A stretch of DNA of 64,000 bases, from contig OX597816.1 of the NCBI GenBank assembly GCA_951406725.2, positions 104,966,001 to 105,030,000 on the forward strand, written 5' to 3'. The DNA comes from Octopus vulgaris (Eukaryota). Of this stretch, positions 27,108-40,498 are shown in pieces (positions within the stretch are counted from its first letter, which is position 1; each line of letters opens with the position of its first letter). A program made the translations under genes and the position numbers. The notes under the pieces are model-generated. The model ran no database searches. It was not told where the DNA came from and saw nothing but the letters and a program-made list of their open reading frames with translations.

Positions 27108-27671
27108 CAATATGTTCATTGCCACATCAATATGGCTGTTCCGTAGGAATCGACGTTACTACTGTTTTTAACCCCGGGAGGAGTCTTCTCAAGCTGGTTA
27201 TCGACACCCGATATATATTGCAAGCAGGGCAGCGAATCCCTACCATCTTCAAGCAGACAACGGGATCAACAGACCGTATGGTTTCGGGCTATTTGTGCTC
27301 ACCCTCAGTGGGGTATACCTGTCCGCTAGAGATAGCAGTAGTTCGTTCCAGCTCGCAATATATAGAAAACTAAGTGGCAATTAGTCACTGACCATGCAAC
27401 AAGCGAATTAGCTAGTTAGAAAATCTCAATAAGAGATGAAGGTAGTAACTATACTGAGAAGTAATGTTTGTCGCCATATCAATATGGCACATGCGGTCTT
27501 GTAATCTCGTTGTCCGCTGGACGATGGTAGGGGTTCATTCCCCTACTTGCAATATATATTGGGTGCAGACTGCATCGTTAACCAGTTGGAGGAGGCTCCT
27601 CCCGGGGTTAAAAACGTTAGCAACGTCGATTCCTACAGAACAACCATATTGATGTGGCGATAAACATATTG
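27108..27671. repeat. Fold-back element with ~175-bp diverged inverted arms
   Basis: 27108-27280 is the reverse complement of 27490-27671; the ORF track shows PHQYGCSVGIDV on both strands. Confidence 0.85.
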
Positions 27672-28069
27672 ATGTAGTATAGCTACTACTTTCATCTCTT
27701 ATACAGATTTTCCAACTAGTTACTTTGCTTATATAAAATATATTTGTGACTAAATTTTCAAAATAGAATATCAAAGCCAGTATTAAAAATATATAAAAAT
27801 AAAATTATATCAACTAATAAATGATACATAATATAAATATTATATAACATTTAAAAGCTAAAGCGTTGGTGACTCACACTGTACATTAATCATTATCCAG
27901 AAAAATCGCCTGATGATCTAGATTTTCATAATTTACGACGAAGATTATATTATACATCACAGAATTTATGGAGCAATTAATTACACATAAAATTCTATAT
28001 CTAAATGAGACGACACTCCATCACAGGGTTAAAATCCAGCCGTCACTGATACTAGATTCCAAGTTGTAT

Positions 28070-28188
28070 TTGGAGCAACGGGAAAGACGTGACTTGTTCA
28101 AGGACTCGTCCCAGCGACTAGTCCAAGAATCGAATTCACGAACTAATGATCATGATTTCAACACCCAAGCCACTACGCTACACACCTT
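28070..28188 (-). mobile_element. SINE family B, degenerate
   Basis: tggagcaacgggaaag...gaatcgaattcac...gatcatga. Confidence 0.5.
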
Positions 28189-28510
28189 CACTGGTATTAT
28201 ATACCAGTATAGAATAGAGTGGATGACTACTCGTGATGCCACTAGAACTTAGCATGATTTAATATGGCCTTATGAAGTATTAGAAATAGCAGCCATTTCA
28301 TGCTAGACGACAATAAGAGCTCCGTCGATGCTTATATTCTGTTACCGTTGAGGTTTCCAAATATTTCTTCGGTAATATTATATTACTGGATGTGAATACT
28401 TAACCTAACAGAAACCACACAACAAAATCGCCCTCAATTCACGCCCTTATCGCCTTAGAAATATTTTTTATTGGAGTAATTAGTGTTAGGAAAATATATA
28501 TATATATATG

Positions 28511-28698
28511 GCTTTATATCTTAAGAGAAATGCAATTGTTTTTTTGCAAACCGGAGTTTGAAACGTATAATAATTCGTCGGGCATCACTCCTTCTCTCAA
28601 AGAAGACCACTCCTTTGATGAAAGATTCAGTCCGGTCGGACATCCCCACTTCCATCAAAGAAGACCACTCCTTTAATGAAAGATTATGTCTGAAAACT
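28511..28698. repeat. Left arm of a ~187-bp inverted repeat (partner at 31755-31941)
   Basis: High-identity reverse complement; internal duplication of tcaaagaagaccactccttt-atgaaagatt. Confidence 0.9.
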
Positions 28699-28711
28699 AA
28701 CCAGCAAAAAT

Positions 28712-28890
28712 ATTTTTTTCCTCTGTCTTCCCTTCTTGGGATCTTTCCTTCTCCTTGTTTCCGACGAAGAGCTCCGCTCGAAACGTTAAACCCTCCTTCC
28801 CTTCTTTCCTGAGCGTCAAATAATACTTTAATTGTTCCACGTCCTCGCGTTGCTGTGTTTTTTTCTGTGTTTTCTTGTTTGGATTAACTA
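28712..28890 (+). mobile_element. PLE-terminal-like short repeat H1 (hammerhead-like at 28757-28791, CCGACGA core)
   Basis: GTTT-CCGACGA-A-GAGC(TCC)GCTC-GAAACGTT-AAAC. Confidence 0.75.
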
Positions 28891-28900
28891 TATATATATA

Positions 28901-30048
28901 TCTCTTATTATAAAAGGCAGATTTTATCTGCCTCCCTTTGGGAGTTATACAAATCTACAATATAGCATTTCTTCAATTACAATTTACCTAGCATTTTTAA
29001 GAGTACAACGCATCGCGTCATGCCAGGTCCAGTTTTTAAAATTTAAACTCCAATTAAGCAAAATTTACAGAAAACTCACATTCTGGTGTGTGTGTCAAAT
29101 GCTTTTCTTAGTCTGGTTTACAGCACACGCAAACGCACACACACAGTGTGCAACGAATAAAGTGAAACTAGATGTAATATTTGTTTCTCTCTATCATGCT
29201 GATAGATACATGACTAAAATGTATGGGAAGCTAACAGATAAGAGTGAGTGAAAATGTTCTTGGAAGAGAGTAAATTAGCGACAGTATGAAACAGTGTTTA
29301 TGTATAAACAGACGACACTTATATAAACCCTTTCGTTACCAAACCGCCCGAATTTACCTATTCATATTTAAATGAGAATATCAGAGTAAATCTCTTTAGT
29401 ACATTCGTGAAAACACGTATTATACTTCGTAAACACTTCAAATACAGTTTTGTACAAAAATCGAAGTGTAATTTTAATTCCGTGAATTATGGGAGATTTT
29501 TTTCCAAAATTTGTTCCTATTGTGTTTTCAAAATTTGTAATTCTGACAAAAAATGGATACGAATTTCATTATATCAAGCAGCGAGTCAGAATTCGAAGGA
29601 TTTTCTACTGAAGACCTTCATAAATCTAACTCTATGACTGAAAAAAAAAAGCATCTTTATATAAGAGTGAAGTTGTGTGTCTGTCCCGTTCGATTTAGAT
29701 TCGTAACTACTCCCACATTTTGCGGTGCAGTTTAACCAAAAGCGGGTATCTTATAGTCGTGATTCATATCGAGCCCTTCTGGGTATTAGCGCGCGTCTAC
29801 GATGAGTCTACGATTTAAAAAAAATTTACCATCATATTTTTCCATTTTAATGCATTTTTTTCGCTTTTATATAAGGGAAGTAACTCTCTAAAAATATCTA
29901 CGATGTGTCAACGATTTAAAAAAAAATTTACCTTAATTTTTTTTCAATTTTTAATGCATTTTTTTGCTATTTTTTGGCTATAACTCTCTAAAAATGCTTA
30001 TATAGTTATTTCCCTTACAACCCGAGCAACGCCGGGCGATACTGCTAG
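28901..30048 (+). mobile_element. Non-autonomous Helitron
   Basis: 5' A|TC start; 3' hairpin CCCGAGCAACGCCGGG followed by CTAG|T; inserted in (TA)n without TSD. Confidence 0.85.
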
Positions 30049-30246
30049 TATATATATATATATACATAAAAGTTTTTATAATTATGAGTATAATTATAAT
30101 TAGGGTTCAGCAAAAAATCCTAATTATAATTATACTCATAATTATAAAAATGTTTGTTTAAGTTTACTGATGATGGTTCTTTTAACATACCGAACTACTT
30201 GGTAAAATTATTAATTATTAATTAATTAATTAAATTACCCTTTATT

Positions 30247-30398
<152 letters not shown>

Positions 30399-30400
30399 GT

Positions 30401-30435
<35 letters not shown>

Positions 30436-30734
30436 AGTCGACCATAGTATGATATATCGTAAGCTGAGTAATCTCATTGACAAAAAGCGTGGGGAGTGGG
30501 TAGTGGACTTTTTAAAAGGTAGCAGTCAGGTAGTTTTGTTTTATTCAGTTTGTATTCACATTTTAGGGGTACCTTACTTTCAGGGTATTTTCCCATTATG
30601 CGCCAATCACAGACTTAGCATTATATAGTTAGCGAAATGGAATTTTTGATACAACTGGTACGTTGCAATCAATTATAGCAATTGCACTTTGAAAGAGAAA
30701 TTCAATTCTAACCGTATATTATAGTTGTTGTTGA

Positions 30735-30948
30735 AGGTGGCGAGCTAGCAAAATCGTTAGCACTCCTTGCAAAATTCTTAGCGGCATTTCATCTGTCTTT
30801 ATATTTTGAGCTCAAATCCCGCCGAGGTCCATTTTTGCCTTTCATCCTTTCAGGGTCGATAAAATAAGTAACAGTTGAACAATTGGTTTAGTGTGATCGA
30901 CTTATCCTTCCTCGAAATTGCTGGCATTGTGCCAAAATTTGAAACCAG
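30735..30948 (+). mobile_element. tRNA-derived SINE family C (Deu/Nin-domain-like)
   Basis: GCCGAGGTC...GCCTTTCATCCTTTCAGGGTCGATAAAATAAGTA central domain; other copies at 39443, 39684 and 61003. Confidence 0.85.
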
Positions 30949-31754
30949 TATTGTTGCTTTGTTTTTTGCCTCTTTTTTTGTGTAACACAAGCATACATGT
31001 AACTAATTATGCGGAACATTTTTCTCTCATATCCTTATAGTTTCAACAATTCGCTGCCCTTCGCAGTAATGACAATGAAAATACCTCAGAATAGACGTCT
31101 TAAGGTTCTTAAATGTATTGTCCATATTTGACTTCTACGTTTAACTAACACTTCTTTGAAATCTCTTGTCCATTGTCAAAGCCTTTTCCAGCTGGAATTA
31201 TTTGTAAATATTTTTACAGAACTGTGTGAATGTACAGCGATCTCTTCGGCAGTTTAAGAAAGAGTGCCGAACAACGCTGGTCTAATAAAGATGCGATTAT
31301 TCTATATTGCATGTATGTGAAGTGTAAAGAATTTTGCTAATAAGAGGAGCAAAGAAGTTTAATAAGAGGAACAACGAAGGTTATTAAAATATATTTTTGC
31401 TTCATTAGGGAAATAATTGATGGTAAATTGTACATTTAAAGGGATATTATGAAATGATTCATTCAATTATCGATAATAAAAATTGCGTGACTGAAGAATA
31501 CCCCAATAACCAATGCTCATATCGATTATGTTTGTTTACAACAAGCATGAAATTCATATTATTGGGAATAGGACACGGGTAGATTCATCATAAAACGTAA
31601 AGTGAATATTTAAGTAGTAACATTTCGAACATGCATAAAATAACCAAGTAAGATTTGTTCTTAAAATAAAATGCTAGGATCTGAAAACAATAATGGCGAT
31701 TTCGTCGTCTGGAATTGGTTATTCTAAAAGAAACTTATCCGAAAGAGAATTCGA

Positions 31755-31941
31755 AGTTTTCAGACATAATCTTTCATTAAAGGAGTGGTCTCCTTTGAGG
31801 GAAGTGGGGATGTCCGACCGGACAGAATCTTTCATCAAAGGAGTGGTCTTCTTTGAGGGAAGGAGTGATGCCCGACGAATTATTATAGGTTTCAAACTCC
31901 GGTTTGCAAAAAAACAATTGCATTTCTCTTAAGATATAAGC
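31755..31941. repeat. Right arm of the ~187-bp inverted repeat (partner at 28511-28698)
   Basis: Reverse-complement match. Confidence 0.9.
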
Positions 31942-32703
31942 TAAATAAGCTGCGTTTTAGAGGAGATTTGCAGTTTGAAGTTCATTCGTTACAGTTCGTT
32001 ATAGTTTTATTGTTTTGTTATGATTTACATTTAAGTAATATGCAAACATAAATATTTTTCAGTTGTTTACGCTTAAGATTATATCCTGTTTTTAGAAATA
32101 TGCTGGAATATTGAAGTTCGGATTTATAATGTTTTATTAATGACCACGTACTTCCGAAATACTCTATTGTTTTTGTTTTTTATTTTCTTTCTTGATTCGT
32201 TTACCTAAACTATAGTAATTGAAATCTTTGATGTAGGTGTAAGGATAATAACATTCTCTGCCGTTGGGGAGTGGTCAAAGAACTCGATTAATTCAACATG
32301 TATTTTAACCATCATGTTTGTTAGTTAAGATACATTATATTATAGATAATCTATACGAATATTATAGATCCTCATAATTGTTTTTGTTTTCAAGCATCAT
32401 ATTTGCACTATTCTTTTTATATTATATCCTCAGAAATCATTGCATGTTTGTGTGTGTGTGTGTTTGTGTGTGTGTATGTGTGTGTGTGTGTGTGTGTGCG
32501 TGCGCGCGCGTGTATGTTTGTACATGTGTCTGAGTGTAATATACAGTATATCATTTATATATGCTGTATATATACATATGCAATACACACATACACACAT
32601 GTATGGCTTAGCTACGTGTGTATATATATCCATATGCACACACGCGGATACATAAACGTATATCTATAAACATGTATGTATCTTTTATCTTTTGTCTTAC
32701 TTA

Positions 32704-32908
32704 TTACTTGTTTATATCATTTGACTGTGACTATACTGGGGCACCGCCTTATAAGTTTAGTTGAATGTATCGAACCCAATACATTTTTTTAAAGCCTGGT
32801 ACTTACTCTGTCACTCTCTTTTGCCGAATACCTAAGATACGGGAGTGTCAACAAACCAGCACCGGTTGGTAAGCAGTGGTAGGGGTACAAACATGGACAC
32901 AAAGACAA
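32704..32908 (-). mobile_element. SINE family A, 3' half, interrupted at its (TA)n by a Helitron
   Basis: Similarity to other family A copies. Confidence 0.8.
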
Positions 32909-32918
32909 TATATATATA

Positions 32919-34275
32919 CTAGCAGTTAAGCCCGGTTTCACCCGGTCTCTTTGGATGATGTGGGTGTTATCGTTTCGGCTAGGCATAATCTATAACAGCG
33001 TATCTCAACCTTATCATTTTATCGATCTCATCTGGAAAACCGCTAGATTATTTTATCGATCTGGTTTGGCGAACCGTTAAGTTATTTTACCGGTCCCGGT
33101 TGGCGAACCGCTAAGTTATTTTATCTATCTCGTTTGCCGAATCGGTAAGTCATTTTATCGATCTCGTTTGGTGAACCGCTGTTATTTTATCGGTGTCGTT
33201 TGGCAAACCACTAATATATTCTATCGATCTCGTTTGGCGAACCGCTAGGTTATTTTATCGAATACGTTTAGCGAACTGCTAGGTCATTTTATCGATTTCG
33301 TCTGGCTAAACGCCAAGTTATTTTATCAATCTCGTTTGGCGAACCGCTCAGTTATTTTATCCAATCTCGTTTGGCGAACCGTAAGTTAATTAATCGATCT
33401 CGTCTGGCGAACCGCTAAGTGATTTTATAGATCTCGTCTGTCGAACCGCTAGGTCATTTTATCGAACTCGTCTGTCGAACCGCTAGGTCATTTTATCGAT
33501 CTCGTCTGGCGAGCCGCTAAGTCATTTTGTCGTTATCATTTGGCGAACCGCTAAGTCATGTTATCTATCTCGTTTTGGCGAACCGCTAAGTCATTTTATC
33601 GATCTCCTATCTGTATGAAAATTTCTCCCCCACCTACCTGTCAGGAAACATCTTTAGGAGTTGTGAAGAAAGAATTTGTACGTACTCTTTTTCTGAGAGC
33701 AATCGTATTGGATCTCTGTCTAATCATTAACACATTTATTTAATTATGAACATATAAAGAAATTATACATTAATCCCTATTTTTGTAAGCAGTTGTACCC
33801 GTAAAAATTTTATTTGCCGGGCGCAGAAATTGAAAGGAGGTATGTGAAATGGACGTATGTGTGTGTATGTGTGTGTGTGTGCTTGCGCGTGTGAGTGAGA
33901 GAGAGAAAGGGGGTAATAAAGAGAGGTAGAGTGAGTGAGTGAAGGTGTGTGTCATTGAGTTACGTTGGCTGGCACGGCGACTACGAAGCTTTTGAGGCGG
34001 CAGATGACTGGAGTGATTTGAAAGATGAAAAGAAATGCCGTCTTTTCAGTGGAGCGCCTCTTTGTAGGCAACGTTTCTCGCTTTTCCTTCTGATGCACTA
34101 ATGTATAGACTTTGTGGGCTTCCAACACGGGAGCATCCAACGTAAAGTTGACCGTGGGAGAACACTTGCTCTGTGAGATTTAAACTAACCATTTCCAGTG
34201 ATTGGCCTTGTGCCTTATTTATTGTCATTGCAAAGGAGAGTTTGATAGGAAATTGAAGCCGCTTAAACATGTAGA
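32919..34275 (-). mobile_element. Helitron 3' portion with RepHel PIF1-like helicase C-terminus
   Basis: ORF 34046-34315 QFPIKLSFAMTINKAQGQSL...FSHGQLYVGCSRV...NVAYKEAL; CTAG at 32919-32922 with adjacent CCCGG hairpin. Confidence 0.85.
33015..33606. repeat. 34-bp minisatellite, ~17.5 units
   Basis: Consensus TATTTTATCGATCTCGTTTGGCGAACCGCTAAGT, head-to-tail, no spacers. Confidence 0.95.
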
Positions 34276-34329
34276 GCGTATCAGATGCTAAAGATTTCAG
34301 AAAGAAATTTATCACGTTCCTTAAAGAAA

Positions 34330-35580
34330 AGAAAATAAGTTGCTAACATGTATTTACACAAGGAAGAAGCTGCCAGACATAATTCCTATAAGACTACGAA
34401 TGAGTGATAAAGCAGTTGCAACGAAATGTGAATGCGATATATCTCGATTTTGCGAAAGCCTTCGATAAAGTCGATCATAGAATGCCACAAACTGCGTGAT
34501 CTCAGTATAGTCGAAAAACTAGGAGAGTGCCTGCACAACTTTGTAAAACATAGGAATCAGACAATATATCCTAGGGTTTTGGAGGGGGGGTCTCACAGGA
34601 AAAAAAATGATAGTGAGTGGATTCCGACTTGGCTGTTTATAGCAGCTCGCTCAGACACGCCTTTAGCTATACAGACAGTTATACTCACTAGATATGCAGA
34701 CGATACCAAAATATCACTGGTTACACTGAAAGCTGGAGATGTTGGGCAGCTACAACATAAAATATATATATAAGTCTGCCGAAGAAAATAATACGTAATT
34801 TATTGCTGAAAAGTCCTATGCTCCCCGCTATCAGCACACAAAGTTAAAGGCAATACACAGAAAATACACTGGACCAGTAAAGTTTGCAGTCCCAGAATCA
34901 CATTCAATACGTGACTTGAACATTAACATGAGTACTCATGTATCTATTCATATGCATATTGTTATGACGGCGATGAAATGTTGACATCTAGACATAGGAA
35001 TTTTAAGAAATTTCAGAACAAGAGTGTAGGAAACCACGATGGTCCCTGGAGTAGCTTTGTCCTCAACTGTCTAGATTATTGCTCCAAATGAAGGTTACCA
35101 CATAGTGCAAAATTAATGGCGAAACTTGAAGCAATCCAAACTGCTACTAACAAAATGTTACCTCAATGCAACTGATCGACTCATGTAAAAGGCTGAGAAG
35201 TTAAAACACCTTAGGACAGAGTCAGGAAAGATATGCTGTAATATACGTGTGAAAAATCCTGGAAGAAGTTGCACAATTTTGGCATTGAAAGTTATGTTAA
35301 CCTCTGCATAAGGTGTCCCCTTATAGTGCAAAAATGTCATCCTCGCTACTCAGATTTAGGATCAGTCATTGAAATAGTATGGGATTCAAAGGATCCACCG
35401 GCTTGTTAATAGCCTACTAAAATACTTAAAAGACCTACATAGTTTGACAGTAGATGTGTTCAAAACGCAACCGAGCCTACTTCACAGCATGAAACACAAT
35501 TAAACTGAAGCAACACCAATAGCGGTTCCGTGGCATGACCACAGCTACCGGACTGAAGCAAACAGAAGAAAACGAAAATA
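34330..35580 (+). mobile_element. CR1/Jockey-group LINE, decayed RT and 3' end
   Basis: IYLDFAKAFDKVDH and YADDTKI motifs; same family as 48781-49185. Confidence 0.85.
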
Positions 35581-35591
35581 AAGATTATGTA

Positions 35592-35653
<62 letters not shown>

Positions 35654-35707
35654 CATATATACACGCACGCACACACATACATACACACACATACACACAC
35701 AAACACA

Positions 35708-35784
<77 letters not shown>

Positions 35785-35839
35785 ATTACGTATGTATATA
35801 TGTATATATGCAGAGAAGTGTATTCCCCCGAAAGTTCTC

Positions 35840-35870
<31 letters not shown>

Positions 35871-36318
35871 CGCGTGTGTGTGTGTGTGTGGCGTGTAAAA
35901 TGTGCATGTATGACTGTATGCATATTATGCATGTATGCATGTATTCATGTATGCAAATATGTATGTGGAAGTAAGCATTTATGTATAAAAATTTTTGATT
36001 TACATCAGACTGATTTAAATAGCCAATTATATATTTATTCCCCGATAACAACACACGAATCCAAAATTATAATTGCCTTAAAGATTCAATATCCGTGAAT
36101 TGTATACAACTGAGCACATTTCCATTCCCAGACTTATAAGATCAAATAAATGCGAGCGCACGCGTGCGTGTGTGTCAGTGCGTCCATGCACGCGAGTGTG
36201 TCTCTGTGAGCATGTGCATGTGTGTGTTTAAATATATACCAGCGAGTGTGTGTTTAAATATATACCAGCGAATATGTCTGCATACGCATATAATATGCAT
36301 GTCTCCGTGTATGTCTAT

Positions 36319-36591
36319 ACACATAATTTTCTTGTCTATACGCGTGCACGTGTACACACACACACACACACATGCAAATGTATGCATACATATGTGTGTA
36401 TACGCATATACATAAATATTTGTATGTACGAATGTATATAGATACAGAATGTATAAAGATACACAATTTTCTTGTCTATACGCGTGCACGTGTACACACA
36501 CACATGCAAATGTACGCATGCATATGTGTGTATACGCATATACATAGATATCTGTATGTGCGAATGTATGTAGATACAGAATGTATATAGA
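36319..36591. repeat. Tandem duplication (~140 bp x2) of low-complexity sequence
   Basis: aattttcttgtctatacgcgtgcacgtgtacacac...agatacagaatgtata occurs twice. Confidence 0.85.
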
Positions 36592-36766
36592 TAGCTATAC
36601 GTATTGGATGGGATGCAGACATGTATATACGTCAGTTTATAGATACGCATATGTGTGAGTGTGTGTGTGCGCGTGTGTGTGTACATATATATACATTTAT
36701 ATATCTGTATATATGTATATATATGTGTGTATATATGTATATGTATATATGTATATATACATACAT

Positions 36767-36799
<33 letters not shown>

Positions 36800-36910
36800 A
36801 ATATGTGTGTATTCTTTTACATGTTTCTGCTTAAGTACATATATAAACATTATATATAGATATATATATATACACACACACACATATTTATATACCTATA
36901 TATTTATATA

Positions 36911-36961
<51 letters not shown>

Positions 36962-37326
36962 GTATGTGTATATATGCATGTATTTATCTATGTATCTATG
37001 TATGCAGGTATATATACATAAACAGAGAGGGTGAAAGTGAAAGAGAAGAGTGGGAACGTGAATGAGTGAGTGAATAAGTTACTACTGGAGTGAGAGAGTG
37101 AGATAGTGAGTGGCGCATCCGTCAGTGATAAAAATCGACAGGGTAAGTAATTTATGATGCAGAGAATATTGAGGATGTCAATTAGTATATTTTCCTCTTC
37201 CACATAACTAGTTTCATAATATGAAACAAATTAAACTGGAGCAATTAAAATCTTCAATCCTTTCGACTTTATTTGGATTCCTTCTTTTTTAGAGTCCTAG
37301 TCGTGTGTATTTCCGTACACTAATGC

Positions 37327-37458
<132 letters not shown>

Positions 37459-37545
37459 TTATATATATGTGTGTATATATATATATATACACACATTTAC
37501 ATACAACTATGAGTATGTGTATGTATACCCACATCTATATCTATA

Positions 37546-37587
<42 letters not shown>

Positions 37588-37934
37588 GCGATAGAGAGAG
37601 AGATATATACAAATAGCTACATACATACATGCATACATACAAACAGAGAGAGGGGGGAGGGAGATATATATAAATAGATACATACATACATGCATACATC
37701 TATATACGTATATATTCATATATAATGCGTGTGTATATGTGTATACGTGTGTGAGTGTATGACGTCTATGTTGTCCGAAACCTCGAAACCACTGTCAACA
37801 CTAGTCTAGTAGGAGAATAATAAATATCTGCTTGAAAAAAACTGAGTGTAATCCTTATCAGCCTAATCTAAATTTTTTTATGTTATAACACGATATAAAA
37901 CAAACATGCGTGTGTGTGTTAGATGCTGGTGTTA

Positions 37935-37968
<34 letters not shown>

Positions 37969-37983
37969 AGCACACACACAAAC

Positions 37984-38012
<29 letters not shown>

Positions 38013-38014
<2 letters not shown>

Positions 38015-38458
38015 GAAGCGCAATGGCCTCGCGGTCTGAGGATTGCGTTTTCGATTCCGGCATTGTGAATGTTTATTGAGCAAAAACACCTAAAGCTCCG
38101 CGAGGCTCCGGCAGGGGCGGGTGGTGAACCCTGCTGTATTCTTTCACCACAACTTTCTCTCATTCTTTCTTCCTATTTCTGTTGTACCTGTATTTCAAAG
38201 GGCCAGCCTTGTCACATTCTGTGTCACGCTGAATCTCCTCGAGAACTACGTTAAGGGTACACGTGTCTGTGGAGTGCTCAGCCACTTGCACGTTAATAAA
38301 TGAGCTGCGACGTCACTGGTGCCCTTTTCCCTTGGATAACATCGGTGGCGTGGAAAGGGGAGGCTGGTATGCGTGGGTGGCTGCTGGTCTTCCATGAACA
38401 ACCTTACCCAGACTCGTACCTCAGAGGGTAACTTTCTAGGTGCAATTCCATGGTCATT
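38013..38458 (+). mobile_element. SINE-like element (family D)
   Basis: tRNA-like head GGAAGCGCAATGGCC...TTCGATTCC; GC-rich body between microsatellites; single copy in this window. Confidence 0.55.
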
Positions 38459-38492
<34 letters not shown>

Positions 38493-38504
38493 CATATACA
38501 TACA

Positions 38505-38714
38505 TGAGGGATGCCGAAAAGTCCCTGGCCTCGGTTGTAAGAAAATAAAGGGGCATCAGTTAATTATGATTTTATTCAGCATATTCCCCTCTCAGATTCA
38601 CACACTGATAGCAGCGGCCCTTGAGTTTTTCTCAGCCCTGTAAAACTAATCGGAAAGATGAGCCTCCAACCAGGCCTTTCATGACATTCTTAAAGCCAGG
38701 AACTTTGCAGCACA
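38505..38714. mobile_element. mariner-type MITE
   Basis: Second copy at 60339-60555; inverted ends GAGGGATGCCGAAAAGTCCCTGGC / GCCAGGAACTTTGCAGCA. Confidence 0.75.
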
Positions 38715-38899
38715 CACACATACGCACACAGATGCACGCACACACACATACACATATACATATATAATACATACATGTTTATTTGCGTGTGTGCGTGTGT
38801 GTATATATTCCCTATATGATTCCCATCATACATACATCATACATATATGTGTGTGTGTGTGTGTGTGTATGTATGATTTATACTCTTTATTCTTTTACT

Positions 38900-39108
38900 C
38901 TTTTACTTGTTTCAGTCATTTGACTGCGGCCATGCTGGAGCACCGCCTTTAATCGAGCAACTCGACCCCAGGACTTATTCTTTTGTAAGCCCAGTACTTA
39001 TTCTATCGGTCTCTTTTGCCGAACAGCTAAGTAACGGGGACATAAACACACCAGCACCGGTTGTCAAGCAATGCTAGGGGGACAAACACAGACACACAAA
39101 CATACACT

Positions 39109-39166
<58 letters not shown>

Positions 39167-39332
39167 TACGACGGGCTTCTTTTCAGTTTCCGTCTACCAA
39201 ATCCACTCACAAGGCTTTGGTCGGCCCGAGACTATAGTAGAAGACACTTGCCCAAGGTGCCACGCAGTGGGACTGAACCCAGAACATAGTGGTTGGTAAA
39301 CAAGCTACTTACCATACAGCCACTCCTGCGCC
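38900..39332 (-). mobile_element. SINE family A, full length
   Basis: Best-preserved copy; internal (TA)n. Confidence 0.92.
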
Positions 39333-39442
39333 TATGTATGCATAGAGAAAATATATATATACGTATGTATATATATGTATATGTATGTATGTATGTATGT
39401 ATATATATGTATGTATGTATGTATGTATGCATTCTTAACGAC

Positions 39443-39897
39443 ATTTCGTCCGTCTTTATGTTCTGATTTCAAACTCCGTGAGGTCTACTTTACCTTTCAT
39501 CATTTCGAGGTTGACAAATTAAGTACCAGTTGAGTACTGGGGTCGATGTGATCGACTAAGACCCTCACTAAAAATTCCAGGCCATACGCCTTTAGCAGAA
39601 AAAATCAGTAGTAGTAGTAGTAGTAGTAGAAGTAGTAGTAGTAGTAGTAGTAGTTGTAGTAGTAGTAGTAGTAGTAGTAGTAAGGCGGCGAACTGGCAGA
39701 ATCGTTAGCACGCCGGAGTAAATGCTTAGAAGCATTTCCTTCATCTTTACGTTCGTAGTTCAAATGCCGCCAAGGTTGACTTTGCCTTTCATCCTCCTAG
39801 GATCGATAAAACAAGTGCCATTTGAGCAATGTGTCCGATGTAGTCGATATAAAACCTCCCTCGAAATTGCTAGCCTCGTGCCAATATATGAAATCAT
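39443..39897 (+). mobile_element. Two SINE family C copies separated by (TAG)n
   Basis: 39443-39600 is partial and 39684-39897 is full. Confidence 0.85.
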
Positions 39898-40208
39898 CAT
39901 TATTATTATTGCCTAACGTTTTGATTTGCTTTAATTTATATGAGTTGCACCCAAGTCTCAACTAGACGTCTGAGAAAACGAAGTTTGCATCTAAAGATGT
40001 TAACAGATGAGGAGATATGCAAATGGTTACACAGATGTCTGTGGGAGAAAAATCACAGTGTGAATAAAACTGCATTTACATAGAGAGGAATAGAAAAATA
40101 AATATGAGGTACCCATAAGTATGATTTGTTTATAATTCGCTTCTCTTCTGTCCGCTTTGCCAGGGTTTGGTCTTCATATTTTTTTTGTTCCTCTTGATAT
40201 CATCCCAA

Positions 40209-40390
40209 GAGGAAGTGCGTGGCTTAGTGGTTAGGGTGTTTGACTGATAATCGTAAGACTGTGGTTTCTATTCTTGGACCGGGCGACGCGTTGTGTTCTT
40301 GAGCAAAACACTTCATTTCACGTTGCAAAAATGAGTAATCCTGCGACGGACCGACGTCTCATCCAAGTAGGGAATATATTCCCCACTTGG
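40209..40390 (+). mobile_element. SINE family B
   Basis: GCGTGGCTTAGTGGTTAGGGTG...CCTGCGACGGACCGACGTCTCATCCA. Confidence 0.85.
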
Positions 40391-40444
40391 ACGAGACATT
40401 AAAGAATATTTATTGTTGTTATTATTATTATCATTATTATTATT

Positions 40445-40492
<48 letters not shown>

Positions 40493-40498
40493 ATTACT

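Noticed and set aside
33015-33606. CRISPR-like regular 34-bp repeats
   Set aside because: Units are contiguous with no unique spacers, there are no cas genes, the context is eukaryotic, and the unit derives from a SINE
34046-34315. Host PIF1 helicase gene
   Set aside because: C-terminus NVAYKEAL, Helitron-type 3' ends downstream and abrupt truncation indicate a Helitron RepHel fragment
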